From NCBI GenBank assembly GCA_001029735.1, contig CP011213.1, forward strand, positions 332,288 through 396,287: DNA of 64,000 nt, written 5' to 3'. The notes beneath the pieces are model-generated. The model was given only the letters and a program-made list of their open reading frames with translations, did not search any database and was not told where the DNA came from. Positions 8,746 to 17,935 of this stretch are shown here, piece by piece; positions within the stretch are counted from its first letter, which is position 1, and each line of letters starts with the position of its first letter. The position numbers and the translations under genes were made by a program. Source of the DNA: Berkelbacteria bacterium GW2011_GWE1_39_12. Its GTDB lineage: Bacteria; Patescibacteriota; UBA1384; UBA12157.

Positions 8746-9906
8746 ATGAAGATAACATTACCAAAATTAAAATTTAAGATTTCTGAAACTGTGAAAGACG
8801 CTCTATCGATCACTTTACTGTTCCTCGCGTGGCGAGGCGCTCTTTTTTTAGTCGCCTACTTTGGCTATTTTGATATTGCTCCGGCAAATGGAAACTATTT
8901 AATCAAAGAGATCCATCCGGCAATTTCGATGTGGTTGGTTTATGATTATGGCTGGTTTAAAGATATTGTAGCCAAAAGTTATGACTTCAGCCGCCATTCT
9001 ATGGCTTTCTTTCCCTTATGGCCGGCCACGATTTGGTTATTCAGCAAAATATTTTATTTTGTTAATACCCATATAATAGCATTTGTTCTAGCTAACTTAA
9101 TTACTTTGGCAGACTGCTGGATTTTCTACAAATTAGTCCAATTAGACTACGACAAAGATACGGCTTACCGCTCGGTTAAATATTTTCTTTTCTTCCCAAT
9201 GAGCTTGTTTTTAGCCAGTGCTTACTCTGAACCATTATTTTTACTCGGCGTGCTTTCATCTTTTTACTTTATTCGAAAACAGCAATATCTCTTAAGCGGG
9301 TTCGGCGGAATAATTGCATCGGCTTCCAGATTAGTTGGCAGCATCATGCTTTTACCTTTAGTTATTGAAGTCATCAAGCAGAAAATTACAAAAGAAAATT
9401 GGTGGAAAACCCTCGGGATTTTAATCGCCCCGCTTGGTTTGTTAGGGTATATGTATTTTCTAAAAACAAATTATGGCGATTGCCTTGGCTTTCTGCACGC
9501 CTATCAAAACTCTGACTGGAACAGAGGGTACGGATACAACGCTTTCAATCTCTTTTGGAATGATATTAAAATTATATTTTCCTTTCACGGATTTGGGCCA
9601 TCCAAGGATTATGTCGACGCCATGATGACTACAGGTTCAGTTTTAGTGATGCTAACCGTTTTACTCTCTAATATTAAAAAAATCAGACTTTCCTATTTTG
9701 TCTATGCGATCTTGATAATGCTAGTTCCCCTCTTTTCCAACTCTTTAGACAGCTTAAACAGATATGTTTTGCCAATTTTTCCGTTTTTCATGGTTCTAGG
9801 TATTCTTGGTAGAAGAAAATGGGTCGACAGTTTAATCACCGTTACCTTCTTGGTTCTTTTAGGACTCTTTACTGTTATGTTTATCAATCGCTGGTGGGTT
9901 GGCTAA
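8746..9906 (+). CDS. GT-C membrane mannosyltransferase (PIG-V-like)
   Basis: AFFPLWP, FFPMSLFLASAYSEPLF, SLNRYVLPIFPFF motifs; multi-TM. Confidence 0.8.
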   Translation: MKITLPKLKFKISETVKDALSITLLFLAWRGALFLVAYFGYFDIAPANGNYLIKEIHPAISMWLVYDYGWFKDIVAKSYDFSRHSMAFFPLWPATIWLFSKIFYFVNTHIIAFVLANLITLADCWIFYKLVQLDYDKDTAYRSVKYFLFFPMSLFLASAYSEPLFLLGVLSSFYFIRKQQYLLSGFGGIIASASRLVGSIMLLPLVIEVIKQKITKENWWKTLGILIAPLGLLGYMYFLKTNYGDCLGFLHAYQNSDWNRGYGYNAFNLFWNDIKIIFSFHGFGPSKDYVDAMMTTGSVLVMLTVLLSNIKKIRLSYFVYAILIMLVPLFSNSLDSLNRYVLPIFPFFMVLGILGRRKWVDSLITVTFLVLLGLFTVMFINRWWVG

Positions 9907-9956
9907 AAACCTTTATTTAATACGCAAAATTTGATAGAATAAGGTTAGAAAAATTT

Positions 9957-10082
9957 GGAGAGGGTCGCATAATAACATTGCTGATGCAAGAACGTTGTGT
10001 AACCTTCCTCGTTACATTCGGAAGGGTCGCATAAGCGAGCTTGTCCGACCATGGTATCGTAAAGTTTTGACAAACAATTTGT
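9957..10082 (+). repeat. Two 63-nt leader units starting with the tRNA-Ser(TGA) 5' end
   Basis: GGAGAGGGTCGCATA at 9957, GGAAGGGTCGCATA at 10020, tRNA start at 10083. Confidence 0.9.
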
Positions 10083-10172
10083 GGAAGGGTCGCATAGTGG
10101 CTTAGTGCGCTGGTCTTGAAAACCGGTAGGCCTGCAAGGGTCTCGTGAGTTCGAATCTCACCCCTTCCGCCA
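10083..10172 (+). tRNA. tRNA-Ser(TGA)
   Basis: GGAAGGG/CCCTTCC acceptor, anticodon loop CTTGAAA, long variable arm, TTCGAAT, G-CCA end. Confidence 0.95.
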
Positions 10173-10187
10173 ATCCAAAGGAGAGAA

Positions 10188-10445
10188 ATTAATAACTGGT
10201 GTACTTATATCTTGCAATGTTCAGACGGCACCTATTATACTGGGATAACAAACGATATAGAAAAGCGATTACTAGCTCATAATTCCGGTAAAGGTGCAAA
10301 GTATACATCCGGTAGAATTCCAGTAAAATTAGTTTATCGCAAAGAAAATCTGACCGAAAATCAAGCAAGAAAAAAAGAATTTACTCTGAAGACTCTTAGC
10401 CGAAAAGAGAAAGAGAAAATTATACACGGAGAGGTCGCACATTAA
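10188..10445 (+). CDS. GIY-YIG nuclease (YhbQ/YazA, UPF0213-like); probable ATT start at 10188
   Basis: [39 protein letters not shown]...[15 protein letters not shown]; AAGGAG before in-frame ATT. Confidence 0.85.
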   Translation: MNNWCTYILQCSDGTYYTGITNDIEKRLLAHNSGKGAKYTSGRIPVKLVYRKENLTENQARKKEFTLKTLSRKEKEKIIHGEVAH

Positions 10446-10542
10446 CCATATTTGACCCATGACTATACAAACAATTCACGGAGAGGTCGCATAACAACCT
10501 GCTGACGCAGAACGTTGTGCAACATCTCCTTCGTTTCACTAC
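10428..10542 (+). repeat. Two leader units (52 and 63 nt) starting with the tRNA-Ser(GCT) 5' end
   Basis: GGAGAGGTCGCA at 10428, 10480 and 10543 (tRNA start). Confidence 0.9.
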
Positions 10543-10630
10543 GGAGAGGTCGCATAGTGGCCTAGTGCGCCTCACTGCTAACGAGGTTACCCGCAAGGGT
10601 TCGAGGGTTCGAATCCCTCCCTCTCCGCCA
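10543..10630 (+). tRNA. tRNA-Ser(GCT)
   Basis: GGAGAGG/CCTCTCC acceptor, anticodon loop CTGCTAA, variable arm ACCC-GCAA-GGGT, TTCGAAT, G-CCA end. Confidence 0.95.
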
Positions 10631-10669
10631 AACAAAAACATCCAATTCATTGGATTTTTTTGTTTGTTA

Positions 10670-10698
10670 TTGACTCACCCCAAAAAATAGTCTAAAAT
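10670..10698 (+). promoter_or_regulatory. Sigma70-like promoter of plsC
   Basis: TTGACT-17-TAAAAT. Confidence 0.6.
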
Positions 10699-10729
10699 AC
10701 AACCATCTTGGAAGACGGGAGAATCAACA

Positions 10730-11329
10730 ATGGTCTATTTTATTAGCGTATTAATTCTCCGCGTGATGGCATTCATGTTTTGGAAAATCGATTGGCTTAA
10801 TACTTCATCTATCCCGAAAACTGGGGCCGTGTTCTTCGTGAGCAAGCACAGCAGCTGGAAGGACATAATTATCATCGGCTTGGTCAGCAAGAGACCTGTA
10901 CACTTCGTCGCTAAGGTAGAGCTATGGCAGATCAACCGTTTTATATCCTGGTGGCTAAATGCAGTCGGAGCCATTCCGATAGACCGAGAACACCCTGACC
11001 CGTCGACCTTTAAGCGGGTCCGAAAACTGCTGAAAGACGGTGAAGTTGTCGCCATCTTCCCAGAAGGAACCCGAAATGATGAGAGGAAGATCACTCATTT
11101 CTTCGAGGGAGTCGGAGTCATGTCGGCCAAGATCGACATGGTTAAGTTGGTGCCTATAGTTCCTGATCATAAAGAATCCATCAAACGTTTTGGATTTGTT
11201 CCAGCTTTTCATTCCGTTGTGACGGTCGGCTGTGCCACAATCGCTGACAACCTCAAATCGAAAGATATAAACGACGCGATCGAAAGGAATCTAAAGGAAC
11301 TCGCGGCTATCGCTTTCAATCTCGCATAA
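10730..11329 (+). CDS. plsC: 1-acyl-sn-glycerol-3-phosphate acyltransferase family
   Basis: HSSWKD (HxxxxD), FVAKVEL, GAIPIDR, IFPEGTR. Confidence 0.88.
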   Translation: MVYFISVLILRVMAFMFWKIDWLNTSSIPKTGAVFFVSKHSSWKDIIIIGLVSKRPVHFVAKVELWQINRFISWWLNAVGAIPIDREHPDPSTFKRVRKLLKDGEVVAIFPEGTRNDERKITHFFEGVGVMSAKIDMVKLVPIVPDHKESIKRFGFVPAFHSVVTVGCATIADNLKSKDINDAIERNLKELAAIAFNLA

Positions 11330-11352
11330 CCCATCATCCGATGGGTTTTTTA
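11328..11352 (+). terminator. Intrinsic terminator
   Basis: AACCCATC-ATCC-GATGGGTT followed by T-run. Confidence 0.8.
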
Positions 11353-11472
11353 TTTGGGCAAAAGCATTGAACTCATGTAATTTTTATGGTACAGTTTACG
11401 CATAAAAAAAGAGACCACTATAAGACCTCTTTTCATCGCATTTTTTACAATTCAGGCAGAAAGGAACCGGTT

Positions 11473-12732
11473 ATGAAAACACTACCATTCAGCGAGGCGG
11501 AGATTCGAAGAGCCGTAAGTCAATTCCCGACACCGTTTCACCTGTACAACGCAGAGGCAATCCGACAAAACGCTCGACGCCTTATGAAGGCATTTGAGTG
11601 GGCCGGAGGATTTACGAACTTCTTCGCCGTCAAGGCCTGCCCTAATCCTTATGTCTTAGAGATACTAATGGAAGAGGGCTTCGGCGCCGACTGTAGTTCC
11701 GCATCAGAACTTGTTTTGGCTGAAATGGTCGGAATCACCGGCGAGATGATTATGTACACGAGCAACGATACATCAGCCAGAGAACTTGTAACGGCAGTCC
11801 GCGAAGGTGTAATCGTCAACCTTGACGACATCACTTTCATACCTTTTCTCGAAAAACATGCGGGTATTCCAGAATTACTTTGTCTTCGTTATAATCCGGG
11901 ACCACTCCGCGAAGGCAACGCTCTCATCGGCAAGCCTGAAGAGGCCAAATACGGCTTCACAGGGAAACAACTCCTCGAAGGCTATAAGATTTTACGTGAT
12001 AAAGGCGTAAAGAGATTTGGCCTTCACACCATGGTTGCAAGTAATGGGTTAGATCCACAATACTTTATTGCAACCGCCGAGATGCTTTTCAGTCTCGTGG
12101 CCGAAATCAGCGAAGAACTAGGCATTTGTTTCGAATTCGTCAACCTCGGCGGCGGCATTGGCATTCCTTATATGCCCGACCAAAACCCAGTTGATTTGGA
12201 AATCGTTTCAGCCGGCATCAAAGACCTTTACAAAGATATCATCATAGGTAATGGTCTTGATCCACTTAAGATCTATATGGAGAACGGACGTATGATTGTC
12301 GGCCCGTTTGGCTGTCTGGTCACAACTGCGATTCACCCGATGACGAAATACAGGGATTACGTTGGGGTGGATGCTTGTATAAACGCACTGATGAGGTATG
12401 CACTTTACGGTTCTTATCACCATATCACGGTCGTCGGCAAAGAGAACGACCCGCTCACCAAGACATACTGTGTAACCGGCTCGCTATGCGAGAACAATGA
12501 TTATTTCGCAACCGACCGGCTACTTCCAGAAATCGTCGAGGGAGACATCTTGGTGATTCACGATACTGGTGCACATGGTCATGCCATGGGTTCAAACTAC
12601 AATGGTAAACCTCGCCCGGCCGAAATCCTAATGGATCCAGACGGATCATTTAGACAAATCAGACGAGAGGAAACGACCGCAGATCTGTTCAAAACGCTTG
12701 ATTTTTCAAAACTCAGAACGAAGAGCAGATAA
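11473..12732 (+). CDS. lysA: Diaminopimelate decarboxylase
   Basis: FAVKACPN PLP lysine, NLGGGIG, ENGR, GSLCENND, GAHGHAMGSNYNG; AAGGA RBS before ATG 11473. Confidence 0.93.
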   Translation: MKTLPFSEAEIRRAVSQFPTPFHLYNAEAIRQNARRLMKAFEWAGGFTNFFAVKACPNPYVLEILMEEGFGADCSSASELVLAEMVGITGEMIMYTSNDTSARELVTAVREGVIVNLDDITFIPFLEKHAGIPELLCLRYNPGPLREGNALIGKPEEAKYGFTGKQLLEGYKILRDKGVKRFGLHTMVASNGLDPQYFIATAEMLFSLVAEISEELGICFEFVNLGGGIGIPYMPDQNPVDLEIVSAGIKDLYKDIIIGNGLDPLKIYMENGRMIVGPFGCLVTTAIHPMTKYRDYVGVDACINALMRYALYGSYHHITVVGKENDPLTKTYCVTGSLCENNDYFATDRLLPEIVEGDILVIHDTGAHGHAMGSNYNGKPRPAEILMDPDGSFRQIRREETTADLFKTLDFSKLRTKSR

Positions 12733-12746
12733 GGGAGGATACGTAA

Positions 12747-13979
12747 GTGGCACTGAAAAACAGCTATTACGAAAGGCTAGCAGGTGGATATCTTTTTCCA
12801 GAAATTGCCCGGCGGACCAAAGAGTTTCAGGTCTTCCATCCTGAAGTGAAGATTATGCGTCTGGGGATCGGCAATACGACAGAACCGCTGCCTCAGATTG
12901 TCGCAAGCGCCATGGCTCTTGAAGCAGTCAGGTTAATGAATGTCGAGACCTACTCTGGCTATGGCGACGAACAGGGTAACAGTAAGTTGCGTCAGGCTCT
13001 TTCTGAGCGCTATAAAAAGTGTTTCGGCGTGAGACTTGACGCTGACGAGTTCTTCATTAGCGACGGTTCCAAATGCGATTGCGCCAACATCAGCTCGATC
13101 TTTTCACACGAAAGCATCATCGCTGTTGAAAGCCCGGCCTATCCGGTCTACGTCGATAGTAATGTCACCTCGGGCAAAACCGGTCAATTCAACAAAGGGA
13201 AAATGCAGTACGAGGGTGTGTATTATATGCCCTGCACCGAGATGAATGACTTCTTCCCAGAAGTCCCAAGTGGCCATGTCGATCTGATTTACCTCTGTCG
13301 GCCTAACAACCCGACAGGGGCAGTAGCAATGGCCTCTGACCTTCAGCCATTCGTCGATTATGCTCTCGAGCACAAAGCTGTCATCATCTATGATGTCGCC
13401 TACGTCGACTACCAGAAGGAAAGAGGCCTAGTCGAAAGTATTTACCAAATCCCGGGCGCCGAAAAATGCGCCATCGAGATTGGATCTTTCAGCAAATGGG
13501 CTGGCTTCACCGGCGTGCGATTGGGCTGGAGCATTGTGCCGAAGGAACTGGTCGTCGAAGATACGGTGCCAGGCGAACTCCACAGGATGTGGAGCAGACG
13601 CTACACTACCGTGTTCAACGGCGCGAGCAACATCGCCCAAGCTGGCGGACTGGCTGTTCTTTCGGAACTTGGCCAGCAATCCTGCCAGGAAGTAATCAAT
13701 TACTACATGTCAAACGCACGTCTAATCAAGAATGGGCTCTATGACATGGGATTGACTGTGTACGGTGGCACAAATGCACCATACATCTGGCTCAAAGTGC
13801 CGGACGGTATGTCCTCATGGAATTTCTTTGACAAGCTACTGAACGAAACCAACGTGGTTTGCACACCGGGCGTCGGCTTTGGCCCTGATGGCGAAGGTTT
13901 CTGTCGACTCTCGGCCTTCGGCCACCAAGAAAACATCACTGAGGCAATCGAGAGCATCAGGATGAACCTACGAATCTAG
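12747..13979 (+). CDS. dapL: LL-diaminopimelate aminotransferase
   Basis: YLFPEIARR, LGIGNTTEP, SDGSKCD, PNNPTG, SFSKWAGFTGVRLGW, GVGFGPDGEGFCRLSAF. Confidence 0.93.
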   Translation: MALKNSYYERLAGGYLFPEIARRTKEFQVFHPEVKIMRLGIGNTTEPLPQIVASAMALEAVRLMNVETYSGYGDEQGNSKLRQALSERYKKCFGVRLDADEFFISDGSKCDCANISSIFSHESIIAVESPAYPVYVDSNVTSGKTGQFNKGKMQYEGVYYMPCTEMNDFFPEVPSGHVDLIYLCRPNNPTGAVAMASDLQPFVDYALEHKAVIIYDVAYVDYQKERGLVESIYQIPGAEKCAIEIGSFSKWAGFTGVRLGWSIVPKELVVEDTVPGELHRMWSRRYTTVFNGASNIAQAGGLAVLSELGQQSCQEVINYYMSNARLIKNGLYDMGLTVYGGTNAPYIWLKVPDGMSSWNFFDKLLNETNVVCTPGVGFGPDGEGFCRLSAFGHQENITEAIESIRMNLRI

Positions 13980-13985
13980 TCTGAC

Positions 13986-14008
13986 AAGCCCCTTTCGAGG
14001 GGCTTTTT
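13986..14008 (+). terminator. Intrinsic terminator
   Basis: AAGCCCCT-TTCG-AGGGGCTT-TTT. Confidence 0.85.
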
Positions 14009-14079
14009 AAATACAAAACATTAAATAAGGGTTGACTTATTTGCCATTCTCCGAATTTTACCCGTATAGTTAAACCATC

Positions 14080-14763
14080 ATGAAATTGGCAATTCTAATC
14101 CCCGCTTTTAACGAGGAACCCACAATTACAAAAGTCATCAAGGCGATACCCAAGAAAATCGTCGGTATTTCTGAAAAAGAAATTTTTATCATCGATGATG
14201 GCTCTGAGGACCGGACAGGAATTATAGCAAGAAACGCCGGGGCTATGGTTTTGACTCATTTGGTAAATCAAGGTGTTGGCGCTGCCACCATCACCGGACT
14301 AGAAGCGGCTAAACTTTATGACGCTGATATCGCCATCACTATCGATGCTGACGGACAGCATGATCCTAAAGAAATTGAAAAAATCGTTAATTTGATTGTA
14401 AAAAAGAAGTACGACGTAGTAATCGGTTCCCGACTTTTACAACGCAAAGAGATGCCCAAGTTTAAAGCTTTTGGTAATTTCTTGATGAACTGGGTTACTT
14501 ATGCCATATATGGCCTATGGGTCAAAGATTCGCAATCAGGATTTAAGGGCTTTTCCAAGAAAGCTGTTCGAGAATTAAACCTAACATGCCGGGGATATGA
14601 AATTTGCTCCGAAATTATCGGCGAAATCAACCGAAACAATCTAAAATTTGTTGAAATGCCAATCAAGACAATTTATACCGAATACTCTAAAAAACGTGGT
14701 CAATATCCTTTAAACGCAGTTAATATCGTATTAAAACTAATCATTAAACTAATCCTTAAATAA
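14080..14763 (+). CDS. GT2 glycosyltransferase (DPM/DPG synthase-like)
   Basis: IPAFNEE, DDGSED, DADGQHDP, DSQSGFK. Confidence 0.9.
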   Translation: MKLAILIPAFNEEPTITKVIKAIPKKIVGISEKEIFIIDDGSEDRTGIIARNAGAMVLTHLVNQGVGAATITGLEAAKLYDADIAITIDADGQHDPKEIEKIVNLIVKKKYDVVIGSRLLQRKEMPKFKAFGNFLMNWVTYAIYGLWVKDSQSGFKGFSKKAVRELNLTCRGYEICSEIIGEINRNNLKFVEMPIKTIYTEYSKKRGQYPLNAVNIVLKLIIKLILK

Positions 14764-14764
14764 T

Positions 14765-15118
14765 ATGCTATTAGTAAAAATTTTATCCTTATTTTTCGGT
14801 GTAATCGTCATTGCCAAAACAATGACAGATTTTAAAAAGAAAGAAGAAAACTGGCAGGTCTTTCTATTTTGGATAATTGTTTGGCTCGGTGTAATTTTTG
14901 TCGCTTTTAATCCGGCTATCATCAATGAGATGGTTTTAAAACTAAGCAATAGAAGTATTACCGTCGGTCAAATCGTTGGGATCGGTTTTGTTTTTATGCT
15001 TTATATATTGTATCGTGTTTATGTGAAAGCTCACCGACAAGAGAAGCAATTTAGTCGATTGATTCGAAAAATTGCTTTGATGGATTTAAAAAGCAGTAAA
15101 ATTGTCAATAAAAAATAA
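14765..15118 (+). CDS. Small membrane protein (DUF2304-like)
   Basis: Three TM segments, C-terminal LIRKIAL, typical partner of DPM-like GT2. Confidence 0.7.
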   Translation: MLLVKILSLFFGVIVIAKTMTDFKKKEENWQVFLFWIIVWLGVIFVAFNPAIINEMVLKLSNRSITVGQIVGIGFVFMLYILYRVYVKAHRQEKQFSRLIRKIALMDLKSSKIVNKK

Positions 15119-15161
15119 TTATGTTACTTTGGGTCTACTAGTCTAAAACAGGTTAAAACAC

Positions 15162-16160
15162 ATGCTAAACAACAAAACAATTTTGATCACTGGGGGAACC
15201 GGATCGTTTGGAAAAAAATTTACCGAAAGAATTTTGAAGAGCTATAGGCCAAAAAAAATCATTATCTATTCAAGAGACGAGTTCAAGCAATATATGATGC
15301 GAAAAGAATTCGCCAAGCATGATTCAAAATTGCGCTTTTTTATTGGTGACGTTCGTGACAGGGAAAGATTGCATCGCGCTTTCGATGGTGTCGACGTAGT
15401 TATTCACGCAGCCGCCTTAAAGCACGTACCGATTTGCGAATATGACCCAATGGAAGCGATTAAAACCAATGTTGATGGCGCTAAAAATGTTATTGATGCA
15501 GCCATCGATAAAGGCGTCAAAAAAATTGTCGCTCTTTCAACAGACAAGGCTGTACACCCGATCAATCTGTATGGCGCCACAAAATTTGTTTCCGATAAAC
15601 TTTTTATTTCCGCTAATGCTTATGCCGGCAGTAAAAATACCAGATTTTCCGTTGTCCGCTATGGTAATGTCTCCGGCTCCAGAGGTTCAGTTATCCCCTT
15701 CTTTAAAACCTTGCTTGATAAAGGCGAAAAAATTCTACCTGTCACCGATGTAAGAATGACTCGCTTTTGGATTACTTTAGATCAAGGAGTTGATTTAGTT
15801 TTTAGAGCCATCAAGGAAGCGAAAGGTGGCGAAACTTATATTTCCAAAATCCCTTCTTATAAGATTGTAGATCTAGCTAAAGCCATGAACCCAACCGGTA
15901 AATTTAAAGAGGTCGGCATCCGTGAAGGTGAAAAACTCCATGAGGTAATGATCACACCGGAAGATTCAATGTTTACTTTTGATTATGGCGATCACTTCAT
16001 TATTTATCCGAACCTTGAGTGGTGGGATAGCAAAAAGAACGCCAAGAAAGGCGGCAAGAAAGTTAAAGAGGGTTTTAATTATTCTTCTGACGATAATGAT
16101 AAATGGCTCGATGAAAAGAAAATCGTTTCAGGACTCAAAAAAATCGATATTGTGCACTAA
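15162..16160 (+). CDS. pseB: UDP-GlcNAc 4,6-dehydratase (inverting)
   Basis: ITGGTGSFG, SRDEFKQ, HAAALKHVP, STDKA, YGATK, RYGNVSGSRGSV, MTRFWI. Confidence 0.93.
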   Translation: MLNNKTILITGGTGSFGKKFTERILKSYRPKKIIIYSRDEFKQYMMRKEFAKHDSKLRFFIGDVRDRERLHRAFDGVDVVIHAAALKHVPICEYDPMEAIKTNVDGAKNVIDAAIDKGVKKIVALSTDKAVHPINLYGATKFVSDKLFISANAYAGSKNTRFSVVRYGNVSGSRGSVIPFFKTLLDKGEKILPVTDVRMTRFWITLDQGVDLVFRAIKEAKGGETYISKIPSYKIVDLAKAMNPTGKFKEVGIREGEKLHEVMITPEDSMFTFDYGDHFIIYPNLEWWDSKKNAKKGGKKVKEGFNYSSDDNDKWLDEKKIVSGLKKIDIVH

Positions 16161-16225
16161 TTCGACAATTAGTTGTGCACTAATTAAAAAGCAGCCACTT
16201 TCATGGCTGCATTAAGCTTCCCCTG

Positions 16226-16957
16226 CTATTGATTGAGATTCTTTCTCAAAAAGGATATTTCTGCTGACAGATCATCGACTGTTTTGTATTCACCTTCCAA
16301 GATTAATGAAACGCTCTTTCTTGCAAGAACTGTTTCCAAAAAACCAAGGATGGCATCTGAGTTAGACGATCTATGAAGGAGACAGTGGTTACTCTCTTGA
16401 GACTCGCCACTTACATGCAGATGCGATAAACGGTCTTCCAGGCCTTCGTACAAATCATTGGCATATTTCATCGACGGATCTTGCTCATATGCGTGCTGGA
16501 CATCGAGCACGAACTTAAGATCAACCGAATGAGCCACCTGGACAATGTCTTCGACGCGGATGCCACTATCTCTGCTTTTGTCCATATTCTCGATAGCTAA
16601 ATCTACCTGCAAAGGCCTTAACCCGTGCTGAAGCATTTCGTAAACCGCAATTGGGTAATCAGCGCCAACTTTTTCTAGATGCGCGACTGCTACATTTGGC
16701 TTCTGATGATCAATTACGTGCTGGATATGGCTAATATCAGGAACTCTATCTGTAATTGGCGGAAGGTGGATTGAACGAAAACCAACTGTTTCTGAACCAA
16801 ACTTACTCCTTGTCAAAGCAGTTGTTCTCTTGTCAGCCCAACCATCCAAACATATCTCAAAGATATTAGCACCTGATGCTTTTATAAATCGTTCTTGTTG
16901 TCCAGTATCGAAGACACCAACAGCAAAAAGCCAGCCGGTCGATGGCCCAATTTTCAT
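16226..16957 (-). CDS. Xylose-isomerase/AP-endonuclease-2-like TIM-barrel protein
   Basis: IENMD, LDVQH, HLHVSG, ILEG metal-binding pattern; AGGAGG RBS before ATG 16957. Confidence 0.65.
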   Translation of the reverse strand: MKIGPSTGWLFAVGVFDTGQQERFIKASGANIFEICLDGWADKRTTALTRSKFGSETVGFRSIHLPPITDRVPDISHIQHVIDHQKPNVAVAHLEKVGADYPIAVYEMLQHGLRPLQVDLAIENMDKSRDSGIRVEDIVQVAHSVDLKFVLDVQHAYEQDPSMKYANDLYEGLEDRLSHLHVSGESQESNHCLLHRSSNSDAILGFLETVLARKSVSLILEGEYKTVDDLSAEISFLRKNLNQ

Positions 16958-17038
16958 TTGTATTCCCTCCTGACAATATGATAACACAGATCTTTCAATT
17001 AAAAAAGGCGAAGAAATAACTTCTCCGCCTAACAAGAT

Positions 17039-17935
17039 CTACAATTTACTAATTGCAATGATGATGCCACCGATGATGGCGATAGAGAAAACCAACTTTT
17101 CAGATTTATCCAGACCTTTCACCTCTTTGAAGAAGTATAGCCCGATCAGTGTGGGCAAAATCATCTCGCCAATAAGGAAATAAGGCTGGACGACATTTTG
17201 CGGTGCCATAGAATAAGCTTTGTAGGTCAAGGCTAAGGAAACAAATACGCATGAACTTAAAGCTAACATCCACGCAATATCTTTTGTCTTTAGCGCGACT
17301 GTGATTGCTTTTTTGTCTACCCGTAGCAGGATGATAAAGGCAGCCACAAGCGCCCCAAGATACCAAGGAGCCAAAAATGCTCCAATAGACACATTCTTGA
17401 CGCCCAAATATCTCATAGCGAAAGTTGCCAAGCCCCAAATTATACTGTAAAAACCGACATACAGATAGAACTTGAATGGCACCGCCTTCGCATCAGGATT
17501 GCTATGAATTCTCTGTTGATAGGAATGGATGGCAAAGAAGACCACGGCTCCGAGACTTAAAATGATTCCCGTGTAGACTCCCGCATTAAGCTCTCTCCCT
17601 TCATGGAGAATCAGAAGGCTCAGAGCCATGGCAATGATATCGTCCCAAAAAGTGAAAAGCGATGTGCGGCTCAAGGAGATATCTATTGCTTTCCATTGGG
17701 CAAAGGCAGCGAAACCATTAAAAAGCCCGATAACAAAAATAATGATTGCTGTATGACTTATTGACACATGATGAGTTGCTATAGCGACAATTAAAGCAAA
17801 AATAGTGCAAAAGAAAAACTGTAGTAAAAAGCGTCGGGTCCTTGATGGTAATCCGACGTTTTGTTTCAGAATAACTGGAAATAGCCCATTGCCAACCAAA
17901 ACTCTACCTAATACAGGTAATAACCAAAGCGGCAT
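17039..17935 (-). CDS. DMT/EamA-like membrane transporter
   Basis: About 10 TM helices in two halves; LILHEG and YFFKE half-ends. Confidence 0.65.
   Translation of the reverse strand: MPLWLLPVLGRVLVGNGLFPVILKQNVGLPSRTRRFLLQFFFCTIFALIVAIATHHVSISHTAIIIFVIGLFNGFAAFAQWKAIDISLSRTSLFTFWDDIIAMALSLLILHEGRELNAGVYTGIILSLGAVVFFAIHSYQQRIHSNPDAKAVPFKFYLYVGFYSIIWGLATFAMRYLGVKNVSIGAFLAPWYLGALVAAFIILLRVDKKAITVALKTKDIAWMLALSSCVFVSLALTYKAYSMAPQNVVQPYFLIGEMILPTLIGLYFFKEVKGLDKSEKLVFSIAIIGGIIIAISKL

Noticed and set aside
9957-10560. Canonical CRISPR array
   Set aside because: Repeats are only 12-15 nt, equal tRNA 5' ends, occur three times per locus, spacers are related to each other, and no cas genes are in the window
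10420-10650. 76-aa minus-strand ORF
   Set aside because: Antisense to tRNA-Ser and its leader; typical spurious tRNA-shadow ORF
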